Part shown: piece by piece, positions 38,447-52,654 of the stretch
How positions within the stretch are numbered: the first letter of the stretch is position 1
How the letters are laid out: each line of letters starts with the position of its first letter
Assembly: GCA_951406725.2 (NCBI GenBank)
Contig: OX597822.1
Location: 57,040,001 to 57,104,000 of the forward strand
Length of the DNA stretch: 64,000 nucleotides
Direction: 5' to 3'
From: Octopus vulgaris
Taxonomy: Eukaryota
Made by a program: the position numbers and the translations under genes
Notes under the pieces: generated by a model
Told to the model about the DNA's origin: nothing
Databases searched by the model: none
What the model saw: the letters and a program-made list of their open reading frames with translations, nothing else

Positions 38447-39360
38447 GGCCATCCGGATTCCCGTTTGCGCCGTGAACAGGAATTAATCTTCTCTCTTCGC
38501 TCTTATACGCCATTTGGTCTCAACTCTCCCCCCTCTTCATCTAACCTCCCCCCCCCCCCGACACCTACTTCTCTTCAGTCCTTCATCTTTTCACCCCTAC
38601 TCTCTTTCCCTCCTCTTCCCTTCTTCCCTCTTCTTCTTTCCTCTTTCTTCTTCCCTCTTCCCCTTCTCTCTTTCTCTGCTTCCTCGCTCCCCTTCTCCTC
38701 CCTCTACCCCTCTTCTTATCTTCCCCTTCCTCTTCTCCTCTCCTTCCTTCTCCCCCCTCCTCCTCCCTCCTCTTCTCTTCTTTCCTTCTCCCCACCCCCT
38801 CTCACCCTCCCCTCATCTCATCTCATCTCACCCTCCTCACTCTCACCTCTCCTCTTCTCCCTCCTCCCTCCTCTTCTCTTTCCTTCTCCCCCTTCTTCCC
38901 CCCTCTCATCCTCCCCCCTCATCTCTCCTCCCTCCTCCTCCCCTCTCCCCCTCATCTCCTCTCTCTACACTACACCATACGACATTATACATCACATCAT
39001 ACATACATACACACGTCCAGACCTTTCATACGCACTACATACTCTCTCATACACACACGCACCCTTATGTTGGGGCGAAGTCATTTGACCCTGTTATCTC
39101 CCCTACTTTCGCTCTCACGTCTGATCTCTGACTTCAGGCCGGAATCAGATCGCCATGTTGAATCGCTAGCTTCTGCACGCATTTTTTTTCTCTCCTTGTT
39201 TCTCTCCGTGTTTCTTTTCTGTGTATCTTTTCTGTTGAAGAGCGTAGGCTCGAAACGTAAAAGACTTGTTTTATTTATATTCCTGGGCGCCATACTAATA
39301 CAATTGTTTGTTTGTACTCCACCTGCCTTCGTCTTTTGTTTATTTTCATAAAGCTTCCCG

Positions 39361-39361
<1 letters not shown>
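38443..39361 (+). mobile_element. Penelope-like element 3' end between (TA)n tracts
   Basis: RLRREQELIFSLRSYTPFGLN (GIY-YIG C-terminus), pyrimidine-rich UTR, hammerhead-like CTGTTGA-a-GAGC-gtag-GCTC-GAAA-cg-TA at 39228-39263. Confidence 0.8.
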
Positions 39362-39437
<76 letters not shown>

Positions 39438-39441
<4 letters not shown>

Positions 39442-40699
39442 GTTGTCCGGAAAGTTCGTGCCGATTTATAGTAGCTTACCATTCGACTTATTTTAGAACA
39501 TGGAATTTGACTACAATGGAATTTGACTACACCTCCATTCATAGCACAGTTTAAGCTATATTTTCATGGAAGAAGGTTTATGTTCCTATGACCTGTGTTA
39601 ATTCTGTAACCCTTTAAAATGGAAGATAGGAAAGTTCATTTTCGGCACTTGATGCTTTTCTTTTTCCGTAAAGGGGAAAATGCCTCACAAGCAACCAAAG
39701 AAATATGCGCAGTTTACGGTGATGTTTCTTCATCCGAAAATACTGTACGGAAGTGGTTCGCAAGGTTTCGAGCGGTACATTGTAGCGGGACATTGCAGGA
39801 CATTGATAAAGAGCGATCAGTCAGACCATCCACTACAGATGATGACCAAATCAAGTCATTGAGAATAACCCACATTGCTCAACCCGAGAATTGGCAGAAA
39901 GCCTCAACCTATCAAAATCCGTCGTTCATGAGCACCTGGTAAAGCTTGGGTACACAAATCGCTACGATGTTTGGGTACCACATGAGTTAAGTGAGAAGCT
40001 TTTGGATCGCGTTTCCATCTGTGATTCGCTTTACAAACGGAATGAAAATGCGCCTTTTTTTTTTAATCAAATTTTAACAGGTGATGAGAAATGGATTATC
40101 TACCGAAATGTTCAGAGAAAGCGATCAAGGAGTAAGCGACAAGAGCCACCCTTAGCCATCCCAAAAGCGGGTCTTTACCCTAAAAGTCTTGCTTTGTGTC
40201 TGGTGGGATTGGGAAGGAATTCTGTACTATAAGATTCTCCCAAGTAACCAGACAATTAATTCTGAGAAATACTGCAGATAACTGGACGAGTTAAAAGCAG
40301 CAATTCAAGAGAAACGTCCAGAATTGGCCAACAGGAAGGGTGTTGTTTTCCAACATGATAATGCAAGACCGCACGTTTCGTTGGAAACCAGACAAAAATT
40401 ACTCCAGCTCGGCCGAGATGTGTTACCCCATCTTCCATATTCACCAGATGTTGCTCCTTCCGATTTCCACTTATTCAGGTCTCTGCAGAATAGTCCCTGG
40501 ATGACGTAAAAAGATACCTTGATAAATTATTTGCCATGAAACCTTAATTCTGGGAAGATGGTATTTTCACGTTCAAGGAAAGACGGAAACGCATTGTGCA
40601 ACAAAATGGTTCATATTTGGTTGATTAAAAATGTAATGGCAAGTATTTATTGACCTTTTTCTTTCCTCTAAAAATCGGCACGAACTTTCCGGACAACCC

Positions 40700-40702
<3 letters not shown>
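39438..40702 (+). mobile_element. Full-length decayed mariner transposon in (TA)n
   Basis: ~30-bp TIRs ttgggttgtccggaaagttcgtgccgattt / aaatcggcacgaactttccggacaaccccaa; WVPHEL, TGDEKW, HDNARPH, YSPDVAPSD motifs; frameshifts. Confidence 0.97.
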
Positions 40703-40769
<67 letters not shown>

Positions 40770-40772
<3 letters not shown>

Positions 40773-40970
40773 AGATGTACTCGCATAGTAAGTGATTTGA
40801 TCTGAGATCGTGTGCTGAAACGAAAACAATTGCAGCGTGGAAGGTGTTTGTAAGCCATTTAAGAAACACACAAAAGCCGTTCGATTCACTTCAACATTTA
40901 AGTTTAATATGTCAAAATATTTTCGTCGCTAAAATCCGCGACCTGTTCACTGACAAAAATCCGTGCTGCA
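40770..40970 (-). mobile_element. Short pLTR-like repeat carrying a G3-C8 hammerhead variant
   Basis: Abuts (TA)n; motif at 40910-40955; partial inverted copy at 41317-41364. Confidence 0.55.
40910..40955 (-). ncRNA. Type-I hammerhead motif with GUGAACA core
   Basis: TGTCA-GTGAACA-g-GTCGC-ggatttta-GCGAC-GAAA-atat-TT-TGACA; perfect 5-bp stems I and II. Confidence 0.7.
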
Positions 40971-41426
40971 TCTGAGAAAGTAACAGTTAGTTCGTCATAT
41001 ATATGTACGTATGAATGTGTGTATGTATGTGTGTATGTATGCATACACGCATGTATGCATGTATATATGTATGTATGTATGTATGTACATACATACGCCT
41101 GTGTATGCATGTATGTATGTATGTATGTATGTATGTATGTATGTATGTATGTATGTATGTATGTATGTATGTGTGTGTATATGCACGCACATACACACTA
41201 TAAACATAAAGCTATAAACCTGTAGTGATGGATAGATGTAGACTGACCACTCATCACAATAATATCAAATTTCAACCTCCCCCGCCGAAACTAGGAAGTG
41301 ATTTACGACCCTCACCCACGGATTTTTGTCAGTGAACAGCCGGACTAGACCTACGAAAATATTTAAAAAAAAAAAAAGTGAATGCGAAACTTCCATTGTC
41401 TCTTAAAGACTTAGAAAGGATGCCAA

Positions 41427-41501
<75 letters not shown>

Positions 41502-42049
41502 CACACGCATACATATTTTATATATATCTATATATATTCACACACGTTATATATATGTATGTGTGTGTGTGCGTGTGTGTGTGTGCGCGCGCACTTTTGA
41601 AATCAGCACTGACACTCATTTTCAATTTCTTCGTTTTCTTCTCCTCCTCCTCTTTCGCTTTCTCCTCTTTGTTTCTTCTTCTCCTACTCCTCCGCCTCTT
41701 CCTCTTTCTTTTCCTTGTCCTCCTTCTTCTTTCTCCCAGAAAGCTCTCATACGACTAATTTATTGTTAATTAGAACACTATCCACGTCTTTCATAGTAGA
41801 ATTTAGTGATATCAATGACTTCAAGGCATGAATATACTCATTCCGAATATATATGTCCAACTACTTTAAATTGTAGACAACATTCAATAGTCGTTGTTGA
41901 TATTTTGGAAAGCAGTGTTTTCAGGCAAAATGGAAAGTTAGAGCACTGTTATATATTCAAAGTGACGTTAATTATTCTCCACGGATGAAAACATCTAGAA
42001 TAAGAAATTATTTAAAATATCAGCAAACTGTGAGGTGTAAATGTTCGCT

Positions 42050-43095
42050 TTGCAACCAATTGTCATTGTGCGTTGATTCGCACTCAGCGTAGCCTCGGGC
42101 TAACCATTAAAGTAGGTATTGTTAGTTAAAAACAAATACTAGAAAAATTTTCGCCAAAAATAAAAGCAATCTCGTCAGTACCTCTCTGGACTAATGTATA
42201 TGAAGTATTTTCAACAAGATTCTAAATAAAAATGAATATTGTGTCTTTCAGTTTGACATGAAATATTATAACTTATCAATAACAAAATCTATTTCTATGG
42301 CTGCTTTGAACTTCGCAAAGACAATAACCATAATAAATGACACTGAAATAGGAACAATATTAGAAGCAAGGAAATCCCTCCTCTTCCACAACAATGCTCT
42401 TTTGGATTAAGAAAAACGCTTAAGAATCATTTAATGTAAGCATGGGATCAAAATACTGAGCATAGGAAAGCAACATCATCGGCCTTCACATATTTGCAAG
42501 CTTACGCAGCGAATTTCCATTCATCTTAGGTAGTCTCTACAAGGACGACTGTCTACAGCTACTAAGAGACTACAACCCACAAAAAAAACCCCATAAATTT
42601 AAGAAAGAACTATAATACTTCTTTAAAAACTTAGGTTTCTCTATTACGGTTACGCACACCTAGAATCAGTAAACTTTCTGGATGTTACCTTCGTCTTCAA
42701 ATCCTTTATCTATAAACTCTACAAGAGAGTTTGCGAAAAATCCATCATATACACAGAGAAGCCAACCATTCCCAAAACATAATGAAAGAACCAATTTAGA
42801 AACATATCTGTAAGACTTTCTTTACTTTCCAATGAAAAATACTCAACGAAATAGTAATTCCATATGACGAAGCTGTCAATAATAACGGTTATATGGAAAA
42901 AGTAAACGTACAATATTATACCCACAATAGATAAAACAACGTACGAATAAAAATGGAAATTTATCTGGGTGAATCTCCTTTGTAACACACGATTCTCCAC
43001 ACCAATAGCTAAATTATTTTTCAGAACACTCCAAAAACATTTCCCCCCACAAAACAAGTATCACATTAAACAAGTACAATCTCCACAGCTACTGC
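42050..43095 (+). mobile_element. Highly decayed Penelope-like RT fragment
   Basis: VFQFDMKYY, ALNFAKTITNINDTEIGTILEARKSLLFHN, FNVSMGS, LYKDD, FFRTLQKHFPPQNKYH. Confidence 0.75.
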
Positions 43096-44977
43096 ACCCA
43101 CCGCAGCCACCATAGCCACCAAAGCCTCTGCAGCCTTCTCGTTTCAACCCCATACCCAATATGGATCCATCCTTTTTTGTTGTCCCCATTGGTACTCTTG
43201 ACTTTTCCTTTTCAACACCACTGCCGTCAACGGACCCAGCCACCGCATCTTCCATATTAGGTACTCTTTCCGTACACTTCTTCTACTCTCGTCTATGCTC
43301 TCAAGTATTCCCTCTTGAAACTGGCCTCCGACAGGTTCGCGGAGCATATCAAGAACATATGACGTAGTAATGGGTCATCTGTCGCTCAACATTTACGATC
43401 TGCCGACCAGTCCAGCAACACTTAGACTTTGGTTTGGCCTCCAACACTGAATCTCCTACATCTTGTTTCCAGTGGGAACAGGGGCTAGTTTTCTTTTCAT
43501 AGATTTTCACTTCTTATGACTTAAATTTCTACCCTCAGTTTACCTAGCCTACACTTCCACACCGGCATTCTCACTGTCGACCCTATAATTACACCTGTGC
43601 TTCTTTGCACTCTTTTCATCCCTGCTCTCTCGTTGTTCCAACCACTCTCTAGCCTATACAAACGCACGCTCATATTTTATCTCACCCACACTTAAATCTA
43701 AACCCGTACAAATACCCCACACATTCTACTCACATTCCAAACTTACCCACATTCTACCTACACTCTATACCCCACATAATTCCCACCCCACACAAATGTA
43801 AACACATTTTGCATATTTCAAACTACACCTAGTCAAATATTTATATACACATGCACATCTCCGTCTCCGACTATTTCTGTTCATTCACACATAGGTACAC
43901 ACGTTTCATTGATATTTCCTTACATACACACACTTATACACCTCTCACATACCATTTCTGTCTATATGCCACGCACATATATACGGACTCACAAAAAGGC
44001 ATTTGGGCAAACATTTACTATTTAACAAAATATTTAACTGAATCGCAGTTTTCAATCACCCATTTTTTCTCTTCTCCACTTATCGCTCGACAGATGACTG
44101 CTGACTACAACAGAGCCACTCCGATCCACACACACACTCACATGAATACATTATTTGACCACTTCTTTCTATTTACCTAAGCTCTCCTCTTGAACACATT
44201 TCTCTCTGCTCCTCCTTTCGCCAGTCATTTTCTGTCGCTCAAATCCGCACGTGCCGTCAACCTCCCAACATTTTCTACACTTTCACTTATTTACCTTCTC
44301 GGCCCTACATCCTGAGAATTTTATTGTTTTAGGTGTTTACTATCTTTGATTGGCTTTCTACCATCTCGGATTTTTCGTCCTTGGACTTAAATTTCTCCTC
44401 AAACACGCTCTCTTCTTACTGACGCACGACTGCACTTAAGCAACACACTTTTTTACGCACTCCAACACACACTCCAACTCTTTCCTGAAAACCCTCCTGT
44501 TCTCTTATCGCAATACGCTAATGTATTACACGAACACAGACACGCAAATAATGCCGTTTACATCACACACTAGTTCGACCTTTCTACACTAATTAACTCT
44601 ACATCACATTCTAGATTCATATACCCAGACACACGCGTGCATACACGCACACAAACACATACGCACACACACACGCACACACATACATGCAGCACGCACA
44701 CGTAGTCTCGAGCGCACAGGTGCTCACATAGCTTCATACATACGCTTTCACACTATTTCGTTAACAATTACACACACACGCTTGATCACACTAACACCAC
44801 TACACTTACACACACACATGTGCACACAAACACATGCACACACATATATATGTATGTAGGTATGTATATATATATATATAATATATATACCTATATTTTG
44901 TGTGGGTGTGTGTGCGTGGGTGTTTATATACAATAAAGATGAAATTTTCTCTATACGTAATTTTTATTGTCAATCTA

Positions 44978-46265
44978 TTGTGTTGGCAACTAAGTTTCCG
45001 CCGTTTTTTTTTTTTTATTTTGGAATTTATTGCGTTTTTAAATTTTGGAATCTATTTCTTTCGAGAAATCTATTTTTGAATCAATTTTTAATCATTTTTT
45101 AATCTATTTTGTTTGGGGTTTTTTTCTAGTTAATTTTAGTTAAATTTTGTTTATTTTCAGATCATTAAAATGGAATGTCAAGTTAAGAAAAACGAGCATT
45201 TTTGATACCTCCTTCTTTTTGCTTTTAATCAAGGTTCTAAGGCCGCAAAAGCTACTCGTGACATTTGTGATTTGTAGGGAGAGGCTGCCATAGCTGAAAG
45301 AACCGCTCATGACGGTATGCCAAGTTCAAAAATGGAAATTTTGACCTTAAAGATGCACCTCGTTCTGGCCGTCCAGTTGAGTTCGATGAAGAGCGATAAA
45401 ACCAACTTTTGCACGAAAATTCTCGTCAAACGACAAGAGAACTGACAGAGGAAATGGAATGCTCCCACACTGCTATAGAGAAGTATCTTCACTCGATGAG
45501 AAAGGTGCAGAAGTATGGAGCATGGGTTCAATATGCTTTAAGTGACAACAACAAAAATCAACGAGCCACAATCTTCGCTGGTTTGCTTGCTCGTCACCGC
45601 ACAACTCATGGACAAAAGCAACGATTTCTTTATCTAATTGATACTGGCAACGAAAAATCGTGACTGTACATCAATATGAAGCAGGGTAAGGAATGGCCCC
45701 GGTAAACAAGCGACACCGTGCGTGAAACAATATCTTCATCCACGTAAAACGATGTTGTGCGTATGGTGGGACTGGGAAGCGATTATCCATTACAAATTAC
45801 TTGAATGGAACCAAACGGTCAACGCGTAACTTTATGTTCAACAGATGGAACGGCTGAACACGGCTATTCAAGAGAAAAGACATGGAGTTCTACTGCACGA
45901 CCAGGCCCGCCCTCATATCGCCAATATGACCAAGGAAGCCATTCAAACGCATGGCTGGGAGTGCTGCCACACTCGCCGTACTCTCCTGATTTGGCACCAA
46001 TGGATTTCCACCTCTTTCGATCTCTTTCAAATGCTATGCGCGGAGGTTTGTTCAGTACTGATGCAGAATTGAGAGCTTGATTGGATTAATTTTTCGAATC
46101 GAAATCGAGTGATTTCTACCAACGAGGTATTGAAAATTTTGTTGATCGTTGGGAAGTTGTAAACAACAAGGGTGAATACATTATTGATTAATTAGTTGTT
46201 ATTTTTTATTAAATCTTTAAAAAAATTAAAATTTAAAAACGGCCGGAACTTAGTTGCCAACCCAA
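44978..46265 (+). mobile_element. Full-length decayed mariner transposon
   Basis: TA-flanked TIRs ttgtgttggcaactaagtttccgccgttttt / aaaaacggccggaacttagttgccaacccaa; TGNEK, HDQARPH, YSPDLAPMDFHLFRSL. Confidence 0.96.
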
Positions 46266-46401
46266 TACTTCTCATACATGAGGTATTACCTTGGATGAGT
46301 ATTCTGCTTACATTTACTGCTGTCTGATTAATAGATATCGTTAACCAAATTCTTTTATTGATATCTCCCTGCACTTATTAATCCCTCTTTTTTTCTTTTT
46401 A

Positions 46402-46442
<41 letters not shown>

Positions 46443-46470
46443 TACAAATATATATATATATAATATATTT

Positions 46471-46508
<38 letters not shown>

Positions 46509-46511
<3 letters not shown>

Positions 46512-47656
46512 TCGTGTAGAATTTACAATGTAATTATTCTTTTTCATTCCATGTACCATTCTCCATTATATTATATTTTGCGAAGAGTAACCATGCCACG
46601 CACAAAAAATTCAGCAGATCTGTCAGATTTTTAAAGAGGTCGTATTGTTGGGCTAATCTGAGGCTGGTCTTAGCCAGCGAAAAATTACCGAAAATCTTCA
46701 AATTCCTCTTGCTACTGTTAATAGAATTATAGTGCAATTTAAAAGCTCGTGAAAGGAATCAACAGATTCTCGTCCCGGCCGGCCTGGTCTCTCGGAAAAG
46801 AAGCTTCACTGAAGAGAATTGTGAAAAATGAACCCCCGTTCAAAGGCTTCTGACATTGCAAAACAGCTAGAAGTTAGTCCAAGAACGTGTGTTACATATC
46901 TGCATAATCTTGGGTATTATGGACGAGCAGCTTGAAGAAAACCTCTCCTTCAACCAATTAATATTATGAAAGAAAGAAATGGGCTAAGAAAAATCCAGGT
47001 CATTTTGGGATAGAGTGATTTTCTCAGATGAATCCAGATTTGCATTATTTTCAGACGGTGGACGCGTTTGGGTCTGGAGGCTTCCCAATCAAGAATTTGA
47101 CTTGAAACGACTCCAACCAACTGGGAAACATGGCGGTGTCTCTGTAATAGTATGGGGAGCTGTCACTAGCAATGATCGTTCTGAGCTGATCGAATGTGTT
47201 GGAACCATAAACTCAGAAAAATACATCGAAGTACTTAAACAAGGACTGCTTCTGATGTATTTATTCATGGATGGAAGATGGGACTCCATGCCACACAGCG
47301 AAAAGGAATCAACAATTGCTGACTGAAATGGGATCAAAAAGCTTCCTTGGCCGAGCCAATCTCCTGACATGAACCCAATGGAAAATCTTTGGAGCATACT
47401 AGATAGAGCTATACGAAAAACTCGACAGAAACCTAAATCTAAAGATGAATTGTTTCGATTGTTGCATGAAAAGTGGGCAGAAATTCCACAAGAGACAATC
47501 ATAAAGCTCATCGGTTCAATGCCAAAAAGAGTTTCTGAAGTAAAAACTGCAAAGGAAATGTCAAGTAAATACTAAAGTATGTAGTCCTACCTATCGATTA
47601 CATTTCAATTGTTCGCTTTGCGTATTAAATAAAAGATTTTGAATCCTGCATGTCTG
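46509..47656 (+). mobile_element. Decayed Tc1-family transposon
   Basis: VIFSDESRF, GKHGGVSVIVWG, WPSQSPDMNPMENLW, SMPKRV..V..AK...KY; degenerate CAG...CTG TIRs. Confidence 0.93.
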
Positions 47657-47691
47657 TATATATATACATACATACTTACATACATACATAC

Positions 47692-47788
<97 letters not shown>

Positions 47789-47790
47789 TT

Positions 47791-47854
<64 letters not shown>

Positions 47855-48542
47855 CATATATATATGTATATATATATATATGTATGTATATGTATATATA
47901 TATGTATGTATATATGTATATATATATATGAAGAACCGTCAAGCACATGCCAGTTCTCACAACCAAGTAGGCATTCACACTGAGACATGCACTTACACAC
48001 TCATGTCACCTTTTGATTCTTTTCTCATAGAAATGATATAACCTCTTCCGCCTGTCTACATGTTATGTTATCATTATAATTTTGTCATGTCAGCTATCTC
48101 TCTTCTCCCTCTCCTCTCTCTCTCTCTATACTTACCCTCCATCTTCTTTTCATTCTCATGAAGGACTAACGTTCAATGCATCAGGCTCTTCAATTTCCTT
48201 CCAAATGTTTAACTTTTACTGTGCCATCGTACTTACTTCTTCCACTATTGCTGTGTTGATTTTTAACTGTTTTTGACATGACATTATGTACATATGTTTA
48301 CAAACAAACAAGCATACATATATACATACATTCAGATAAACAGACAGACAGACGTACGGACGTACGTACATATATTCATATGTGAATACAATCAATATTA
48401 TAATTTCAGATTGACAAATAACTAGTAGTGAAATTGGAAGACAGAAACTGTGTTAAAGCAGGTTGTGTAAATATGCGTGTACATATGTAGACAGACAGAC
48501 AGACCGACTGATCGGGGGATCGATAGCTAGCTAGATAGATAA

Positions 48543-48597
<55 letters not shown>

Positions 48598-48599
48598 GG

Positions 48600-48734
<135 letters not shown>

Positions 48735-48824
48735 CAGACTTTGAGTTAAAAAAAAAAAAGGAAGGGTGAGACGGTAAAGAAGAAAGACAGACAGACAGAC
48801 GGACGGACAGACAGAAAGACAGAC

Positions 48825-48890
<66 letters not shown>

Positions 48891-49574
48891 GTTTCTTCAT
48901 TGGCCACACAGGGCTGCACACAGATGGGACAAATTACAAGGTATAGCTTTTCTTTTGTGGGATGAAAAAAAACAAAAAAAACAAAAAAAAAAGAAAAAAA
49001 AAAAGTGGCGTAGGTTTTCGATCAAAAGGGACCGTAAAAGGAAAAAAAGAAGGAAAAAAGGAAAAGAAACAAAAGAAAAGGAAAAGGAAAAAAGAAGAAA
49101 AAAGAGGAAAAAGGGGAAGAGGAAAAAAAACGATCAATAGGGATCGTGTATCACAGTGTAAAGGGGGAAGCAGATAAGGTTTATCCGTGGGAAGAAAAGC
49201 CTACGAAAAAGACCACGGTAACCTTGGTCAATATTGTTATATGTTACCACATTTGTTTGCAAGTGGGTAAGCCTCTGTTTTCAATTTCTGGGTTCATAGG
49301 ATTATGCTCAAGGTGGCTCCGTCATTCATACGTGCCATCCTTGCTACATTCACCCATCTTTTTTTAAAACATTCGCTAGACAAAACTTGCCTCTCTACTC
49401 TCACTTTCCTTTTCAAGTGGTACTTGAAGAAGTTGATGAGAGATTGACCAGAGAGGAAAGTGTTTGTCTCCAATCCTTTCAGACGCGTCCACCAGATATA
49501 TTCTTTTGCCATAGCCACAAGGATGATGAAAATAGCTCTTCCTTCCCGTTTGAAGGAAGGAGGCGTGACAATAT
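48891..49574 (-). mobile_element. Tx1-like LINE family A, 5'-truncated copy in (GATA)n
   Basis: ORF 49294..49614 is the ORF2 C-terminus; GATA repeats on both sides. Confidence 0.93.
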
Positions 49575-51299
49575 AGATAGATAGATAGACAGAAAAGAGG
49601 GGTGGGAGATACATAGTTGTATTTCTTTATTGATGGAAAGTAAATTAAATACTTTTCTTACAGGAAATTTGAAATGCTATTTTATCTCTTTCTCATCTTT
49701 GTCGGTTTTTCTTACGTTGTTCTTGGTGGAGAGTAAATAACAAATATAACAAACCAATCAATGTATATGTTGTAATCATGTTTAGTTGGTAAATCATTAT
49801 TTTCTCTCATAATAACTGCCTTGAGTTTAGCTATCATTACACAATTGTGTGCTGCCTTAACGCCATGATTTTGGTAGATAATTTCTTATAATCTTTAGTT
49901 TCATTTTGTAGCAGAGAATTAAATGAATTGAGTAGTTGTACCTCCCAGAAGTCCTTTTTCGAGAACTAATCATATTTATCTGCGCATCAGCCAGTGATAT
50001 AGCAAATAATTTTAATTAATTACAAAAGGAAGAACTTTAATATTTGAGCACCTCTGAATTTTCGGCCATACAAATATTTCAAAATGAAAATATATGTTAC
50101 ACAACCTCTAGGTTTAATAGCAGCAGTAGCTAACGTTACCTGAATGCATAGAAGGTATCAAGAAAAAGCGAGATAGCACGTTATTTTTTTCTGGCAAAGA
50201 CATTTGCCCTGTGCGAAATTTCAGCTTGTAGCAAAAATCTTGCTCTTTAGTTCATATCTATTAGATAAAGCGACACCCAGTACAATGTTTGGTATTGTGG
50301 AGCGGGAAAGTTTTTAAGTATGGCATTGAGAATGTCATATGTAAAGCACAGAGAATATTTTGACAAGTTGCTTATTAAAACATCCTTCACTTTGATCAAC
50401 AAACATTCCTTCTTCCAGTACAAGTGTAGCAAAATTGTTAACCGCAGTACTTAAAACACTTCATGCACGATATCGCCTCATACAATATAACTAAATCAAA
50501 TAGGCACTGCTATTCAATACAATGATCACAAAAGAAATCGTGACGGGAATAATAATAGCAACAAGAATAACAACGATAATGAGACACACGACCCCACACA
50601 ACTGGATTAATAGTAGCGCAAATAACAAAATGATTATATAACTCATAACGAAATGAACCTACCTATACTTTATCTAGGAATTACCATAACAGTAATAGCA
50701 ACGAAATTAGCTATACCGTCCCTAGAACCCACATCGTCAATTATGATAACTACTTCATAGAAAACAATAGGAATAGCAAATCGGATAACATATCCCACTC
50801 CAACACCAAATAGTACTCCTCTTATCTCTATGTTGTAAAGTGGGTTCCTCCCACTGGTGTGATATGTGACTTCCGTTGTACTGTAGTTGCTGTTTTACGC
50901 TAGTAGCCGCAATAGTTATTAGTCATCGGATACCGTTATATCTCTTCGTACCGGAATAGTAATATACTAACTTCTATCATACTATCGCTGATAGCTCCAC
51001 AAGACACCGACTAGAACTGCTGACTATCATCTCTTCGGTTCTCGAACTTCTATTGACGACCGGCTACTGGTCTATTTATAATGGCTGACTCCTACCACCT
51101 TTTACCGGGAGGAGTATAGAGTTTCACACTACAACACTCTAAAAGTCTAGAACAAAATACTGTATACCAGCATACAGTTACTACATCACCAACAACACCT
51201 GCAAAGAGTACATAGATCTCACAGCTAAGAACATGATGGCTTGGTACGGCAGCACCAACACTCCTTCTGCACACTGCGTGATGAATATCATTTTGCTAT

Positions 51300-52100
51300 C
51301 GTACCACTTTTGAAGACTAAAAAAACAGTGGACTCAACGAAGTTCAATGAAAGATCCTGGCAAGAACAGCCCTATACAAACGTGACAGGAAACGATGTAA
51401 TTTGTGCACGCAAGAAGTAACCCAAATGCTATTTTTTAAGGTACCACTCCTCAACCAAAAATCTGAGAAGGTAACCATCTGCAGATATAGTATCGATAAA
51501 ATTTACATTCTAAACCTAACCATGATCTTGGCAGTAAAAATAACCATTACTTCACTAAACCATACAAATATTCATTGGAAAATGCTTATGATGTAAAACT
51601 TATGAGCAGTTCAGCACATTCTAATAATTGTTTATATGTCTTAATACTGAGGTAACTGAGGTAGAAGCTGATGGAAGAGTGATTACGAGGAAATGGTGAC
51701 ATGATAGTAAGGAAGAGAAAGGAGTTGGCATTTATCGATAATAGGACGACTGAGAATAAGAACAGGAACCAGAAGGGATTAGTGAGGAACAGAGAATGAA
51801 ATAGATCACGAAGCTTTAGGGAATGGCAGGTGAATGGACTATGGTTTTGCCATTTTTGTGGTCTGGATGTTTTAACTTTCAAGATCATAGTTGGCTTTAG
51901 AATTTAGAAAAGCTTTATAGGTAATGTATCCGCAGACAATCACTTCTTGGACTTTCCGTTAAGGAGTGGGATCTTAACAAATAATATTTGGATCGCGTCT
52001 TCCGAGCACATGTTGCAGGATTTCCTGTCGCCCATTTATTGAATTGCTCTCTTGCTAGGATTTTCTATTGGGGTTCATAATGTACACAGTTTTTCTTCGG
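51300..52100. mobile_element. Two convergent decayed PLE GIY-YIG C-terminal fragments
   Basis: Plus ~51330-51530 PYTNVTG.RCNLCTQEVTQMLFFKVPLLNQKSE; minus ~51880-52090 KSCNMCSEDAIQILFVKIPLLNGKSK. Confidence 0.6.
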
Positions 52101-52225
52101 CTGTCAGGGATAGCTGGACAACATTGAAGAGGGGTTGTGAGGATCAGCAAGGAGGCCGATTAATATGCATTGTATATCTATAGGACCGAAACACTACGGC
52201 TTTTAGTTTTAAAATAAACAGTTAT

Positions 52226-52264
52226 AGGCGCAGGAGTGGCTGTGTAGTAAGTAGCATGCTAACC
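52226..52264 (+). mobile_element. 5' piece of a SINE split by a LINE insertion
   Basis: ggcgcaggagtggctgtgtagtaagtagcatgctaacc; continues at 57319. Confidence 0.92.
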
Positions 52265-52654
52265 TCACTGACAGAAGAGTGACTTCGCTTACCGTACTAC
52301 GGTTTGGACGCGTTTTCTTCCCGGTAAGAGTTTTGCTGTGTTGTTAATTGTTGAATTCCTACTACTGAAAATTTGCCTTTAAACGTTGCTGAACTGTCTT
52401 GTTCTCCGGTTTTACCGGGAAATAATTGAATAATTTCTTACCGTTGAACTGTTAGCTACTGTGGCTTTTTTATATACGTGACTATATATAGTCCTGCCAG
52501 ACTATTTTCGTGCCCCTCCCCCGAATGGGGGTGGGAATTGGAATTTTTGAACTGCTTTTTTGAACTACTTTGGAAGAAAAACTTTCTATAGGTTTCCCAG
52601 TTTTGTGGGAAACCAATACTCGTAATTTTTGTGTTGTCTAATTTCAACAGAATA

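Noticed and set aside
38384-39131. Long Pro/Ser/Leu-rich ORFs (234 and 205 aa)
   Set aside because: They arise from a polypyrimidine PLE 3' UTR; only the short RLRREQELIF...GLN part is real coding remnant
50130-50450. Possible minus-strand exon with a cag/gtaacg donor
   Set aside because: Stops occur in all frames before the donor and there is no recognisable protein similarity
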